A stretch of 64,000 bases of DNA from Takakia lepidozioides. Its lineage: Eukaryota > Plantae > Bryophyta. Under the pieces are notes generated by a model, which saw nothing but the letters and a program-made list of their open reading frames with translations, had not been told where the DNA came from and did not search any database. Where the stretch lies: assembly GCA_030704615.1 (NCBI GenBank), contig CM060733.1, forward strand, positions 36,146,001 through 36,210,000, written 5' to 3'. Positions 38,994 through 50,778 of this stretch are shown here, piece by piece. The stretch's first letter is position 1. Each line of letters begins with the position of its first letter. Made by a program: the position numbers and the translations under genes.

Positions 38994-41900
38994 ATGGAGC
39001 AAGAATCGGCACAGGATCTTAGTGAGGCCCCTGGGCATGGGAAAGGAAAATTGTGGAGCTTGGATCAGAGGTTGGACCAACCTCTGGGAGATGAAGCGGG
39101 ACGCGTGCGAAGCATGCAGTACCGCCAGGTTCTGGTTTTGTGAATTTCTAAAGTGTATCTTGTAGTGAATTGATGTTGTGGTCTAAAGGAGAAATTTTCT
39201 GTCTTGCGTCGTAGGGACTTGAATGTGAACTGGTTCGTGACACCAGCACTCTCACGCTTTTGTTGTTTGGAGAACAATAATTGTGCGACTTCGGAGAGGG
39301 AGGGACGAAGCTTTGATATAAATAGACCTGAAATGCAAGCCTCGCTGAGTTTCAGGATTTGTGTTGAGTCGGCAGTCGTAATCCCAGTCTCTAGCGTTTG
39401 AAGGCAAGTTTTCTCAACAAAGATCAAGCTGGAGAGTCATAGCACATATTTTCATTCATGTCCACTGCGGATCAAGTCTGTAAAGATAACGCAAAGATGG
39501 ACGTTCCAACTGCCACACTCAATTGAGCGACCGACATCGAACTGTGGACAAGTTTAAACCGGACTTCGGAAATTGACTTTGCCCTTTGCTAGTGAGCGAT
39601 TAAATTCCCAGTTTCTTCAAACACACCGCGAAGATCAACTGGCGAGGCAACATGTTATCGTAATAAAATTTTGAGAAGTCCCTCTTTCCCAGTCCTTCAA
39701 TCCAAAAAAAAAAAAACTCCACTGAAAGATCGTGAAAGAAAAGGGAAGACTTTGTAAGATAATAACATGGAAGGTTAAGAGGTTCAGAAGACCAATGATT
39801 AAAAATGTCTGGGGTGGATACTCCCAACCTATCTACTACTCTCACAAAGCACCAAGCAGTTCATCGTTGACCAATGAGATGTCCATGACATGTTCTGAAG
39901 AACAGAAGCATGATTTTGGCAGCATGAACAAATTGCATCCCGAACTGCAATTAACAGTGAAGTCCCTGCAAAGAAGGATTTCTGCTCCCTACAAATTATG
40001 GTCTCACCTGTTCATGTTCTCCTGTGGTTAATAAATCCTCTGGGCTTCCAAAGATGTATTAAATTGCCTTAAACCACTGTTAATTCAGAGAGACGAAAAT
40101 GAACACATGAGAATCGGGCTGTATCTTGGTTGTCTTGCTATTACTACTCTATCATTCATATTTCTGCTAGAAATTGCGTGCTTTGTTGTGTCTCTCTCTC
40201 AGGCTTGAAAAAAAATACCTCTATGTATGTCCCATCAGGTGGTTTATGAGTTTAGGAAGTGTAGTGAAGCCTCTGCTGGACTTTGCAGGTGGTGCCTCTT
40301 GCAGTAATTCTACGCCTAGCATTTCAGAGCTTGGGAGTTGTGTATGGAGACCTGGGCACATCTCCCCTGTATGTGTTCAACAGCACATTTCCTGACGGTA
40401 TCAAGCACACAAACGATGTTCTTGGAGCGCTCTCTCTTATCATATATACGTTCACTCTTATTCCTGTTATCAAATATGTTTTCATCGTGCTTAGAGCCAA
40501 CGACAATGGGGAAGGTACTATTTCTGATCCTGTTGTGAGGTGTTTCACCTCTGATTGCTTGTATTATGTGTTTCCCCTGTGAACCTGAGAAAAGGGTTGT
40601 AACTAGAGTATGATTCTGCTGGGCATATCCTTGTGACTGTTTGGTGATCGACTTGTCATTTCTGCAAGCTTTCAGGTTGTTCGTAGCAGCACCCCATGTG
40701 GTGTGTACAATTTAGTGTTTTTTAGTAACTACATCATATCTGGAGATAAACTTGGTTTCGAATTCAGTCGACTTTTCAGCCTTCTCTCCAGAAAGCTTGG
40801 ATCTCTGTTATGCTTTAACTTAGAATAACTGATATGGGTAGTATCTGTATGGATGCAGGGGGAACTTTTGCACTGTACTCCTTGCTGTGTAGGCATTGCA
40901 ATATTAATCCAGTACCAAATCAGCATCCCACGGATAAGGAGCTGACTACTTTTGTCATTAATCGCAAGAGAGGCCAATCTTACTTGAAGGATAAGTTGGA
41001 GGGTAGCAATTTTCTCAAAAAACTGCTTTTGCTACTTGTTCTGGTGGGCACCTGCATGGTGATTGGTGATGGCATCTTGACCCCTCCCATTTCAGGTGTG
41101 CCTCATCACCTTACTGGTTTTTTAAAGCAGTTCACTACATCTTGTGGAAAATCGTCTTTTGTAATTCAACCTCGCCCAGCTGATATGTGAGTGCCTCCGA
41201 ATGAATGACCTGACAGATATAACGGTGATCTCAAACATGGAACTACATTGATTTTTGCAGTGCTTTCAGCAGTCAGTGGAATTAAGGTTGCATCGAGTGC
41301 ACTGACTCACAGTAAGCATTTCCTCGCACCTGCTTTCTGCTTACAATATATATCTTTTCACCTCACTTCATTGTTTCTATTGTAATGGCTAGCTTCGTAC
41401 AGTACTAGACTTCTCTGTTGTGAGCTTGTCTTTAATCTGTCAATGTCTCTACATATGGTGTCAGCTGACATAGTACCAATTTTAGGAGTGTCTCTTTTGA
41501 GCTCTTTCATCACTCGTCATAATAGAACCAGTAACAGATTGGATTATACAGAGTGAAGACTGACTTAGTATCTTGGTTACCCTTGCAGATGTCGTTAAAA
41601 TTATAGCAATGGTGTTCATAGTAGGTTTGTTCAGCATGCAGCGTTTTGGTACAGGCAAGGTTGGGATCATTTTTTCCCCTATATTCCTGCTGTGGTTTAT
41701 TGCGATTGCGATTATTGGAGTTTACAACATCATCAAATACGACAGGACTGTGTTTCGTGCATTCTCTCCCCTTTATATCATTTCATTTTTCAGGAGGAAC
41801 AAGAAAGCAGCATGGGAACATCTTGGAGGCATTGTGCTCTGCATAACAGGCAAGCAACATCTCTGTGGGGCTTTTTTAGAACCATGAAGTCATCACAACT

Positions 41901-44546
41901 GGTGAAAATCTCTGGATGCTTTGCTTATGTCAATGTGCTGTAAGAAGAACTGTGCCACAGATGCAGCCGTCACCAAGGTCTGTGCTCTTGAAAGTAATTT
42001 GGTGGTCTCTCTCTTGCAGGGACTGAAGCCTTGTTTGCTGATTTAGGCCACTTCTCTGCTCAATCCATTCAGGTAATTGCCTTCAGCTACATCTCTGCTT
42101 GACACATGTCGTGGAATGTCAATACATGGCTGGTCTTGCAGTCAGTTAGTATTGATGTCTCGTACAAATTCGGGGGTTGAACAGACTGACCCTGATACAA
42201 AAAATGGGGGCATTAAAAGTCACTTCTCCTCATGTGGGTGCAGATTGCGTTTTCTGGCCTAGTCTTCCCCTGCCTTTTGATAGCTTATCTTGGTCAGGCG
42301 GCATACCTTTTGAAACATCCTGATCAAGTGGGAAACACGTTTTACAGTTCACTTCCAGGCAAGCTATGCCCATCTACTGTCCCTTACTACCTTCCTTTCT
42401 ACTCACTGGTGCATAATCTAGATTGGAGCCAGTATTGGTTGGTTCAGGTATTCTACACTGCTTTTAGAGTGGCCGGTGGGGTCTAAAAGTGTGATCATTA
42501 CCTGATTGAAATTCCACTTTTGTCTCCCTATTCTTTTCAACAATGCACAGGGGTTGCACTTTCTACTTTGTTATCGCATTCGAGCTATGTCTCCTTCTTG
42601 TGGTGTTTAAGCTTCCAACAGATGACCGAATGGATAGGGTACTGTGGGCACAGAGTAGGTGGTTCTGGGTTCTGCATCAAACTGCAAATTACGTCACTGT
42701 TTGGTGAAATTGTGTCCTTAAGTGGCTTGTAAGCTTTAGAGGAAGTGTTGGGCATAAGTCCTGTCACACTACCAATTGACCATCATAGACAGCTAACAGG
42801 TGGCTGTTCTACTCCTGATGGGTGAAGGTAGTAGTTTGCACCAGCTAGATCCTTCTCCTTTTCCTTCCTTTTCTCTTTGGTGTGGTAACTGTGATGTTGT
42901 GTGGTTTACAGAAAAGCTATACTGGCCCATGTTTGTGCTGGCAACAGTAGCAGCTTTGATTGCAAGTCAGGCCATTATTTCAGCCACATTCTCTATTGTC
43001 AAGCAGTCCTCAGCCCTTGGTTGCTTTCCCCGAGTGAAGATTGTGCACACATCACATCAGATCCAGGGGCAGATCTACATTCCTGAAATCAACTGGATCC
43101 TCATGATATTCTGTCTTCTCATCATCGTGGGTTTCAAAGACACCAAACAAATTGGGAATGCTTATGGTTTGTACTCTGGCTGTGTACCGTGAACTTGCAA
43201 GTGTGCAGGCATGTTGGTTAGAAGAGTAGGACTGGTAGCTGAGTTTCTTCAGTGACATAAAAGTTTTAGAATTGTGGGATTGAGTTGTAGACCTGCGATC
43301 ACAGTGTAAACCCTTTTAAACCTTCTTAGAAAACTCACTTGTATGTGACCTAACATCAAGCTTAAACCTTCTGACTGATTTCATTTACAGGGTTATCAAT
43401 CAGAATGTGTTTTTGTTCTGAAAAGATAACATCATTTGCATGTTAAGTTTCTACTAGCATATCATTGACAATTAGTTCACTTTGTACACAGGCATTGCTG
43501 TGGTGGCGGTGATGCTGGTGACAACATTTCTGATGACTCTGATTTTGCTCCTAGTATGGCACAAGCATCTCCTGGTGGCCTTGTTGTTTCTGGCAGTGTT
43601 TGGAACAGTGGAATCAGTCTATGTTTCATCAGTGTTGTTCAAGGTGAGCCAGGGAGGGTGGGTGCCACTTGTCATGGGGGCAGCACTGGGCACAATCATG
43701 TATGTGTGGCACTATGGCACTGTGAAGCGTTACGATTTTGAGAACCATAACAAGGTCTCTGTTGGATGGCTGTTGGGGCTTGGCCCAAGCCTTGGCTTGG
43801 TGCGGGTGCCTGGAATTGGACTTGTGTACACAGATCTGGCCCATGGGGTCCCGCCCATCTTCTCACACTTTATCACCAACCTTCCAGCAATCCACTCTAC
43901 GGTTGTTTTTGTCTGTATTAAATACTTGCCTGTCAGGACCGTTCCACGAGAGGAACGCTTCCTAGTCCGGCGCATTGGTCCCAAGGCGTATTCCATGTAT
44001 CGTTGCGCTGCAAGGTATGGCTACAAAGACTTGCATAAGAAGGATGATGGCTTTGAGCAGTCGCTCATTCAAAGTTTGGTGTCATTTATCCAGTTTGAGA
44101 GCATGTTGTCAGAGCATGAAAGCTTCTCATCCATGCCATCTGCAGAGCCAGTCTCTGAACCTGCAGTGAGGGGAGCATTGCAGTTGCGGGAAGGTAGATT
44201 GGAAATCATTTCAAATGAGGACTCTTCAGAACATCGAACTGTATCTGACAGCAGTATCCCGGAGATTTTAATGCCTCGGACCAGAGGCATGCAATCTCTA
44301 GGTAGTCCCAACACAATTTCCGACACACAAGATGAACTGGCATTTCTGATGAGTTGTAGAGATGTTGGGGTGGTTTACCTTCTTGGCAACACCATCATAA
44401 AAGCAAGGAGAGACTCAAGCTTTTGGAACAAACTGTTAATTGACTATGGGTATGCATTCCTGCGAAGGTGCTGTAGAGAAAGCCGTGTGGCTTTAAATAT
44501 TCCTCATGAAAGCCTTCTGCAGGTAGGCATGGTCTGCTATGTCTGA
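38994..44546 (+). CDS. HAK/KUP/KT family potassium transporter
   Basis: 9 exons (38994-39128, 40289-40514, 40859-41095, 41261-41311, 41589-41849, 42020-42072, 42244-42358, 42912-43166, 43492-44546). [60 protein letters not shown]. Two GC donors. Confidence 0.95.
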
Positions 44547-45643
44547 CTTGCATGTATTGTTCATCTAGCTGGATTTGTTCTATCACTCAACAAACCATGC
44601 CATCTATAACCTGTTGCCATGATAGTGGCTTTCTGCCTCTGATGGAAGGCATGGGATGAAGTCATAGAGTTGAAGATGGGTTTTGGTCACTGGATTTTGT
44701 CACCTTGTATGATAGAAAAGCACTCTGTTTACAGGAGATGTGTAAACTGAGCACACAAAGATGTGCACGCCATAATCACTGTCGTCTCAATTCTGTACAT
44801 TATGTTTGTCACTCATACCCAGATAGTGAACAACACTCTATCATTGACAATACCTGGTCTGCCTGAGCTTGCTTAGAATGTCAGATTGTGATTTGGGCAA
44901 AATCTGTGGCATGTTGAGATCAGCACGAGCACGTGCAACTTGCCCCTCTGCTGCCTTGGTTCCTGTGAATATCTAGTTGCTGTCTGCTGTGAATTTTCAT
45001 GGTGGCTTTGCAGACTAGGTGGTGTGCTGTTCTAGAGGTCCTCTTCTCTTTTGCTGGGGCTTTCTACTTCTTGGGAAGTTGTAAGCTTGATCTCTCGTCC
45101 TGGTCAGGCTGCGTGTTGAAGTCTCTGCTTACAGCTAATAAGAGTGTCTAGCTCAGCATTTTTTGGTTTCAAACATGAATCTCTCTGAGTATAATTGGGG
45201 CTGAAGACGGTGGAGGATAATCCTTGATCTCAGATATTTAGTGCAAGTTAGCTGTGTAAATAATAGTTTGGGTCTCTTATTTGGCCCTCTTGCATTCCAG
45301 CATCCTCAAAATATCGAGGATGAAACAAGTACCTTGATAAAGTCAATAAGGATAGAGAGGGACAACACACACCACAGGAAAGGAATCGCTCTGAGGAGCA
45401 ATGTGCCACAGATACCACTTCGCAAGTTCACTGGGGTAGACATAAGAGCCAAGAGTGGTTCAGATAATGGTGTCAAATGCAGGTGGATTAGCATCCATTG
45501 CATGCCCACACAAGCCAAAGACAGCTGAATGCATGGATGGTATCTTTATCACAACATAAGACATTATTATTAGCTCTCATAAGAGACTGAGCAGGTTAAC
45601 CTGCTAATACTTATATGTGGGTCCAAAACATAGCAGGAAATAG

Positions 45644-47983
45644 TTAGGTGGATCCATGGGCTTTAATTAACCGTTTAAGGACATCAGATTTCTGTTCACC
45701 ATACAGGCATCTACATATGTGCATGGCCCGGTTCTGCGCATCATGGACTACAGCACTGCTTGCACCCTGTTCCTCAAACCTCTTCAGCCAATATGCAGCA
45801 AAGAATAAAGACATTGCATCACCAGCTGCAGTAGTTGACATTGCATCGATTAATGTCTCTGGTGGTGGCAATTTTATGGCATAGTCACCAAGCTGGTCAA
45901 TGTTGAGGTAGGCAATCCAGTAACTGATGAAGAAGGAAGCCCGAATCAGCTGAGTTTCATACTTATATGGGGCTTTTGACTTCAGTACATGCTCAAGTCT
46001 GAGAGCAAGTTTAGCCATTTTGAAGGACTCATTCCGGCGTGCCATAACAGCTCCCTTCAAACCCCACAATGATTGGAACCTCTTGCTAACTTGCTTTAGG
46101 GGACCTTCCAACTTTGTTTCTAACTCACATCTCGAACAACTACACTGGAACTCCCAACTGTCTCTGATCAGCAGCTCCTGACGCATCTGTGCTGGCAGTA
46201 AAGAATGAACATATGAAAGGGTCAGCTCCTCCCCCGCTTCCAAATGGGTCGATGCATGTAAGAACAGGGCATCGCCAACATGTAGCCTTACGGAGTTTGG
46301 AGCACAGGAGTGGTTGATGAAAGATGCTAGTGGCCAAAGCCCTAAAACCTGACACTCATTTGCAGAACGCCCAGCCAGTAGGACCCGAGCACAGGATCCT
46401 GACTCATCAAAAGCATTTTGCAGCACTACTCCCTTCATGCGTCCAAGCGGCATATCCAGGACACTTGCACACTTCCACTTGCTATTAGGCCGGAAAAGCT
46501 CCAAAGGTGGTATCTTCACTTTGTCGGGGTGATCACAATCAGAAAGACTGCTGAATTGTTGCAGCCATTTTGGCGATTTCATGGCTAAATTGAAAAGTTT
46601 GAAGAGCAAATCATCTCTTAAGGACGCATTTGAGCGCCCTGAAGGTATCACAATCCTACTTGCTGGGTTACTGGCATCAATGCGAACCACTGCAAGTGCA
46701 TTACTCACCAGCAGCAGTTCCCCTGCTTTCACATCCTTGGTCACATATAAGCCTCGCTTGCCATCACTGTCAGACCATCTAATTTCCACCGGCCCTAAGT
46801 AATCACTGCACTCCGGTGGAGTGCCTTCACATCCACTAAGTAAGTACTTAGACAAGTCATACACTCCACGCCGGCTTTGCAGGTCACATGTTTTACTCCT
46901 CTGAAGAGCAAGCTTGATGTCTCTGTCCTGAGGGGCCTGGTCTAAAGCCCCTTCCAAGCACTCACAGGCTTGCTCATACTGTTGCAGGCCATGCAAAGCA
47001 CACCCTTTGCGGTACATGCTCTTGAGATGGTTGGGATCTAGCTGGAGTGCTTCCCCTGCATCCACCAGAGCTTTTTCATAGATGCGTAGTTTCATCCATG
47101 CTGCTGCCCTGTTAGAGTATGCCAGAACAACTGTTTCTGTATCTAAAAATCCAAACTTCACTTTCCCATTACTTGAGAGACCATTATCACTGCTTGCCTT
47201 CTTCTTTGATTTGGAAGGTGGCTTGCGGCGACCAACATCCATAGATTTCTGGATACATTTGGAGTAAAGATCTAGGGCTCCCCTCCAGTCCTGCTTTGCA
47301 AAGAGTTGGTTTCCTTGGCTGCGCAGACCACTGGCATCCAGTTTCGCCCAGGGATTTATATCTGCTGAAGACTGTGGGGGCACATCAGATAGCAATATCA
47401 GGTCGTCTGTATTTACAGACAGAGCAATTGATTCGTCCGGCATATCTGACAAGAAGGGTGCCTTGATGGCAATCTTCATTCCCTTGCGATACTGTGCCTG
47501 CACTATAGCCCAAGATGACGAGCCATCCAGGCTGGAGTCGTCGATCATCACTCTGGCAGCGTTTCCATCTTCATCTTCTATCAAGGTCTGAATGAGACTG
47601 AGAAAGAAGGCATCCACACACAGAGTACCACAGAGGACACGTCCATGATAACGCTTTCCTACCTTCAACTCTATTACTCGAATGCTGCGCATACTTTCGA
47701 GAGTAGAAGATTTCTTCCAACTGAAACGAGTATCGACAAGGGAGGGCATCAAAGCTTCTTTGGAAAGGTTTCCTTTCATAAGCTGCCAATCTCGCTCCAG
47801 CTCCTCAAACTGCTTCATGAATCTCATGTGGGCGTCCACCAGAGCTGCTTTGTCGAACATGTATGAACCCTTCACTAGTGGCCTCTTCATAGGTGGCAAG
47901 TGAGAATCCATCCCAAACAATTGCAATGTTCCTAGTTGCACCAGTATTTCTCTACCGATCTCAGTATAGTCCATTTTTTCCAT
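45644..47983 (-). CDS. Intronless TPR + SET-domain protein (ATXR1/SDG35-like) with an extra N-terminal domain
   Basis: Single ORF of about 780 aa. TPR (LRSQGNQLFAKQDW..YSNRAAAWMKL..), SET motifs GKRGLYVTKDVKAGELL and GLWPLASFINHSCAPN..GEELTLSY, post-SET FQCSCSRC. First in-frame ATG is at 47983. Confidence 0.9.
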   Translation of the reverse strand: MEKMDYTEIGREILVQLGTLQLFGMDSHLPPMKRPLVKGSYMFDKAALVDAHMRFMKQFEELERDWQLMKGNLSKEALMPSLVDTRFSWKKSSTLESMRSIRVIELKVGKRYHGRVLCGTLCVDAFFLSLIQTLIEDEDGNAARVMIDDSSLDGSSSWAIVQAQYRKGMKIAIKAPFLSDMPDESIALSVNTDDLILLSDVPPQSSADINPWAKLDASGLRSQGNQLFAKQDWRGALDLYSKCIQKSMDVGRRKPPSKSKKKASSDNGLSSNGKVKFGFLDTETVVLAYSNRAAAWMKLRIYEKALVDAGEALQLDPNHLKSMYRKGCALHGLQQYEQACECLEGALDQAPQDRDIKLALQRSKTCDLQSRRGVYDLSKYLLSGCEGTPPECSDYLGPVEIRWSDSDGKRGLYVTKDVKAGELLLVSNALAVVRIDASNPASRIVIPSGRSNASLRDDLLFKLFNLAMKSPKWLQQFSSLSDCDHPDKVKIPPLELFRPNSKWKCASVLDMPLGRMKGVVLQNAFDESGSCARVLLAGRSANECQVLGLWPLASFINHSCAPNSVRLHVGDALFLHASTHLEAGEELTLSYVHSLLPAQMRQELLIRDSWEFQCSCSRCELETKLEGPLKQVSKRFQSLWGLKGAVMARRNESFKMAKLALRLEHVLKSKAPYKYETQLIRASFFISYWIAYLNIDQLGDYAIKLPPPETLIDAMSTTAAGDAMSLFFAAYWLKRFEEQGASSAVVHDAQNRAMHICRCLYGEQKSDVLKRLIKAHGST

Positions 47984-50225
47984 TACTTGTTTTACTGCCA
48001 CAGCCCTCAGCCTGGAGACAAGCCCTGGCAGTAGCTGAACCTACCTTACAGCTGCAAAGGTTCCAGTGCAGTGTAACGATAGGTTAAGAAGTAAATCGAC
48101 TGGACTACAAGGCCCGATATGCAGTAACGTTTCGCGGCCTGCAGCGCACCAAAGGCGTGTAAGACACGAGGAATGCGGATCCCGACCAAATAGAAAACAT
48201 GCGGAGCTTGGCACGGTCAAGGAGCCGCTGCAGAATGGATTTATCCTTCTGCTGCTCCCAAGGCAACGAGCGTGTATCTGTCCAGAATGTGTAACATAAA
48301 TCAACGCCACAAACACAACCAGGACCAGAACAAAAGACAGGAAAGGAAACGAGCTCAATCGGAAAGATAAATAGATCTAACGTAGATTTTCATATCCCTC
48401 ACTCATCCCTTGTGAGAGAGAGAAAGCGAAAGCGAGTGAGAATAAGTTCCTACGCGACAGTCTCAATAACAGCTCCCGTAACAAGACTTCCCCAAACAAA
48501 ACGACCATTCTAATTGCAGCACCACAACACCTTACACAACAAGCCCTGCGAATGGTTTTGCCCAAAATATTCTCCCACCACGCAGCAATTCGATTCCTCA
48601 GCTCCAGCACCTAGCTGAGCTCCAGGTGGCACATGGGCACAAGGAAGGTGGAAGAGTTCAGCGATCAAAGCAATGTATACACCGTGCCACCATGGCCGGC
48701 CCACCATCCCCCGTCATATCTGCATAAACCCAATTGCAAAACCTAAGTAAAGGCCAAATGCAGTGAACGAGTCCCCTTCTCTCTGGATCTAGATCCTTGC
48801 GTTTCTCAACCCTAAAAAAGCCCACCCCATCAGTCTCTTTCCTTCCCTTTGGAGCTTTTCAGGGAGAGTCTCTTGATCCCCTGTGTAGTCAGCCCTTGGC
48901 TTCAACAGGGGTGACATTCTCATGCGAGATCATGTCAGTTGGCAGCGAAACCCAAAAGCAGAAATCCACACACTTTTGTTTTAGCAACGATTTGTACTTA
49001 CATACAATTCGGGTTGGCAATCTCGGTGTCCTGATGTACGTAAGCTTAATCGGCCATGCATCGGGACAAGATTCCCTAGCTCGGGATAAAGATACCAATT
49101 CCGTAGCCCGGGACAAGATTCTAAAGCCCGGGCTTCAAGCGAAGAACATGTTCATGTCTCTTTTCTACCCTAGTTAATCGTTAACTGCGTGGTATGGATA
49201 GCACTATATTTTTTGAAAAGTGGGTTTGATATGTATATATGTACATAACCTACTACCTAGGGCTATTTGTAATCTATTGCTCCATGGGATCTTTCCTATA
49301 GAGGGCTTGCCATGGGACACATGTGGATCCCACTCATTGCAGCCTCCATGATAGCCCATGCCATGCTATAGCCGCCTCAGCCGTCTCCACATCCGCCATC
49401 CATGCATTTTATCCATATTCCCATGCTCCATCTCATGCCCTCCTCAACTCATGGTTAGTTTAGTTTGGTTTAGTTTAGTTTGTCCTTATCACTTGAGTGA
49501 ATTTTAGGTTTTGCTATTGTGATGACGGCTGCGATAGAGAGACGGCGGCCAAAGAGAGGTGTTTGTCATACAAATAAGAAGTTGTTGCTGCTACGGATTC
49601 TTGCTTAAGGAATGCTGGAACTATTGGAGTTGTTACATCAAAGGAGTTGTTAAAGAGTATATTTCTCTTTCCTTCAAGGTAAGTGAAAATTGTGTTCTTT
49701 CTTTTCTCATTCTTTCATTCTTTCCCAATTCTTCATCATTATGTGGGAGACATGTGGAATATGTTGTTTGTCTCTCTTTAAGATTTCCAAATATATTTTG
49801 AACACCTTATCTTAAACATATGTTACTTTGAAGATAACCATAAAAGATTGAATCACAACATTGTGGTTTGGAATATTTGTTTTCATAAACTTTAACAACT
49901 CTGTTATGATTCCATAAACTGATCTAAGTTTAGGGTTATCTTCTAAGTTCGTACAGCAAGAATAAGAGAGACATCCTACATCTCATTCCTTCTACGTTTG
50001 GAAGTATGAATTTATGTTTTCCAAACCCTAAACCACAAACTGAAATCTTGGGAGGATACTGTGGAGCTGGGATTCCTTCTCACCTTACTTTTTCGACATG
50101 GATGAATGGAGGAGGGATGCGCTCCGGATGATTTAAGGGATGGACAAAGCCAGGATGAAGTCTGGATGAACTTACACCTTGCGCATGAGGATGAGCTGGC
50201 AACAGCTGATGGCTTTATTAGGGGC

Positions 50226-50745
50226 TGTCTTATTCTAACAGCTAGTTTAGGATCAGATTAGGATGGGGCAAGGTGATCTGGCTTCTTTCTATGGCTGTGC
50301 CGGAAGGATATCTGGTGGACCTATGTGTAAGTGCCACACGGCACTAGGATTAGATTATGACCTAATACTATTTAAACCTCACTGTCGTGGCAGTGAGGGG
50401 TGGTGGCTTTTTGGTCTTATGCGAGTGTACGTTGGGTGTAACGGTGTGCTTGAGTGGCTGGATGAAAGTGGTTGGAGGTTTGGGTTTGTGGTGTCTTCTT
50501 AGTAAGATTCCGTCTTCTCTGCCAGATCCATCTATCGATTACATTCCCCAGATAAGGTTAAGTCCGATAGAGGAAGGAGAACAAACCCATAGTGCCGGAA
50601 TAATGGTGGAGATGCGGGGTAACTAAAATCGTTGACAGAGGATTTAGTGGGTACGGAACACCTGAGAACAGTAGATTGGGTACAGGGGATCCTGCATGAT
50701 TGCAAGGAGAGGTAGTGGCTAAATGGCGGCTGTTGTCTCGCGCGC

Positions 50746-50778
<33 letters not shown>

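Noticed and set aside
50746-50773. (GA)n here, (CA)n at ~22357 and poly-A at ~10504
   Set aside because: Ordinary microsatellites.
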